In this document: positions 31,296-32,000 of the stretch, piece after piece
How positions within the stretch are numbered: position 1 is the first letter of the stretch
How the letters are laid out: every line of letters begins with the position of its first letter
NCBI GenBank assembly: GCA_027460535.1
Contig: JAPZAR010000008.1
Coordinates: 30,001 to 62,000, forward strand
Origin: Candidatus Methanoperedens sp.
GTDB lineage: Archaea > Halobacteriota > Methanosarcinia > Methanosarcinales > Methanoperedenaceae
Direction of reading: 5' to 3'
Length of the DNA: 32,000 bases
Program-made: the position numbers and the translations under genes
Notes under the pieces: model-generated
The model's database searches: none
Seen by the model: the letters and a program-made list of their open reading frames with translations, nothing else
Told to the model about the DNA's origin: nothing

Positions 31296-32000
31296 AATTC
31301 CTTTTCTTAGTTTATTTATAAAGAATTCACTAAACTTTGTTTCACCGAGGACTGTTTTGACCATGACTTCATCTTCTTCCCTGAAAGTTTTTAATAAAAA
31401 GAGGACTGTAAAGTAGATTGTTATCAGAACTACAAATGATAGAATAAAAGCCAGAATTAAATTTGTGAAAAGTATTTTTATGCCGTAGATAAAAGGTAAA
31501 ACCAAAGCCAGGGAGACTATGATCTTCAAGGTCCTGTCCCTGTAGATAATTATTTTTACATTCTGCCTCGCCCATCTGAAAGATATTGATAGAATGATGG
31601 CCGCGGAAATGAGAGAAGCAAAGCCTGCCCCGGTTATACCATAATATTTAACAAGGATAATATTGAAGATCACGTTCGAGACAGCACCCACGAACATGAT
31701 TTTGGAATTCTGCCTTGGATTTCCTGAGTTGATTATAATGTAGACAAAAAAAAGATATATGCCTGTTAAAAATGTGGAGATTGAAAGTATCTGCACAAGC
31801 GTAGCACCTGAAGAATAATCTTTCGTAAAAACTATTTTCAGTATCCCTTCGGGAAACAGCATCAAAATAGCAATCAAAGGAAGAGAGAACATCAAGAGCC
31901 TTTCTATGATATAGGAAGACAGGTGTTCGATCTTTTTCCTGTCCCCGCATCCAAAAAGCTCGCTCACAACCGGAGAGAATATGGAAATCACAGCTTGTGG
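31290..32000 (-). CDS. MOP-superfamily polysaccharide/oligosaccharide flippase (Wzx-like), 3' part; the gene continues beyond the right edge
   Basis: The frame is open to the window end. Consecutive hydrophobic helices include ...VGAVSNVIFNIILVKYYGITGAGFASLISAAI..., typical of the C-terminal half of Wzx/polysaccharide biosynthesis proteins. The stop overlaps the convergent gene's stop. Confidence 0.65.
   Translation of the reverse strand, partial: PQAVISIFSPVVSELFGCGDRKKIEHLSSYIIERLLMFSLPLIAILMLFPEGILKIVFTKDYSSGATLVQILSISTFLTGIYLFFVYIIINSGNPRQNSKIMFVGAVSNVIFNIILVKYYGITGAGFASLISAAIILSISFRWARQNVKIIIYRDRTLKIIVSLALVLPFIYGIKILFTNLILAFILSFVVLITIYFTVLFLLKTFREEDEVMVKTVLGETKFSEFFINKLRKGIS

Noticed and set aside
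1-32000. Scan for CRISPR arrays, tRNA/rRNA genes, toxin-antitoxin or classical defence-system genes (nucleases, helicases, ATPases).
   Set aside because: I found no repeat-spacer periodicity and no cloverleaf-like or rRNA-like segments. Every ORF longer than 180 aa on the coding strands carries sugar-metabolism, transferase, methyltransferase or membrane-transferase motifs.

Overview
This 32-kb window is over 90% coding, with about 31 genes, and almost all of it is a nucleotide-sugar / surface-glycan biosynthesis island. I saw no rRNA, tRNA or CRISPR array.

Layout:
- Left flank: the 3' part of a polytopic GT-C-like membrane protein (1-914), then a decayed, frameshifted DDE transposase remnant (about 1187-1599).
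- Block 1, a 7-gene minus-strand operon (9551 down to 1594): GT-C membrane transferase, nucleotide-sugar dehydrogenase, SAM methyltransferase, DegT-type aminotransferase, GT2 polyprenyl-phosphate-sugar synthase type, extended SDR, TylC3-type C-methyltransferase.
- Block 2, a very AT-rich plus-strand cassette (9768-13724): GT-B-like protein, two small SAM methyltransferases, and a B12-binding radical SAM enzyme.
- Block 3, an 18-gene plus-strand operon of about 17 kb (14082-31295) with spacers of 43 nt or less and five ATGA start/stop overlaps. It encodes SDRs, a second DegT aminotransferase and a complete nucleotide-heptose route. That route comprises GmhA, GmhB, an HldE-like kinase/nucleotidyltransferase with reversed domain order, and an embedded transaldolase. 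It also has three oxidoreductases, RmlA/RmlB without RmlC/RmlD, two GT4 transferases each coupled to a paralogous methyltransferase, and one further methyltransferase.
- Right flank: a convergent MOP/Wzx-type flippase gene that runs off the edge.

No priming phosphoglycosyltransferase, polymerase or oligosaccharyltransferase lies in the window.

The most notable points:
- The heptose module with its own sedoheptulose-7-P supply.
- A UDP-glucose-dehydrogenase-family protein whose catalytic Cys appears to be Asn.
- An Arn/AglD-AglS-like lipid-phosphate-sugar plus GT-C gene set.
- Eight methyl-transfer enzymes, including a C-methyltransferase and a B12-radical SAM enzyme.
- A methyltransferase gene split by a frameshift.
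- Gene-by-gene GC mosaicism inside one operon.

The host cannot be assigned from the window. I lean weakly toward a Methanosarcinales-like euryarchaeon, based on AT-rich TATA-like promoter blocks, GGTGA/GGAGG ribosome-binding motifs and the style of the transposase remnant. All family calls come from motif recognition by eye, not from searches.
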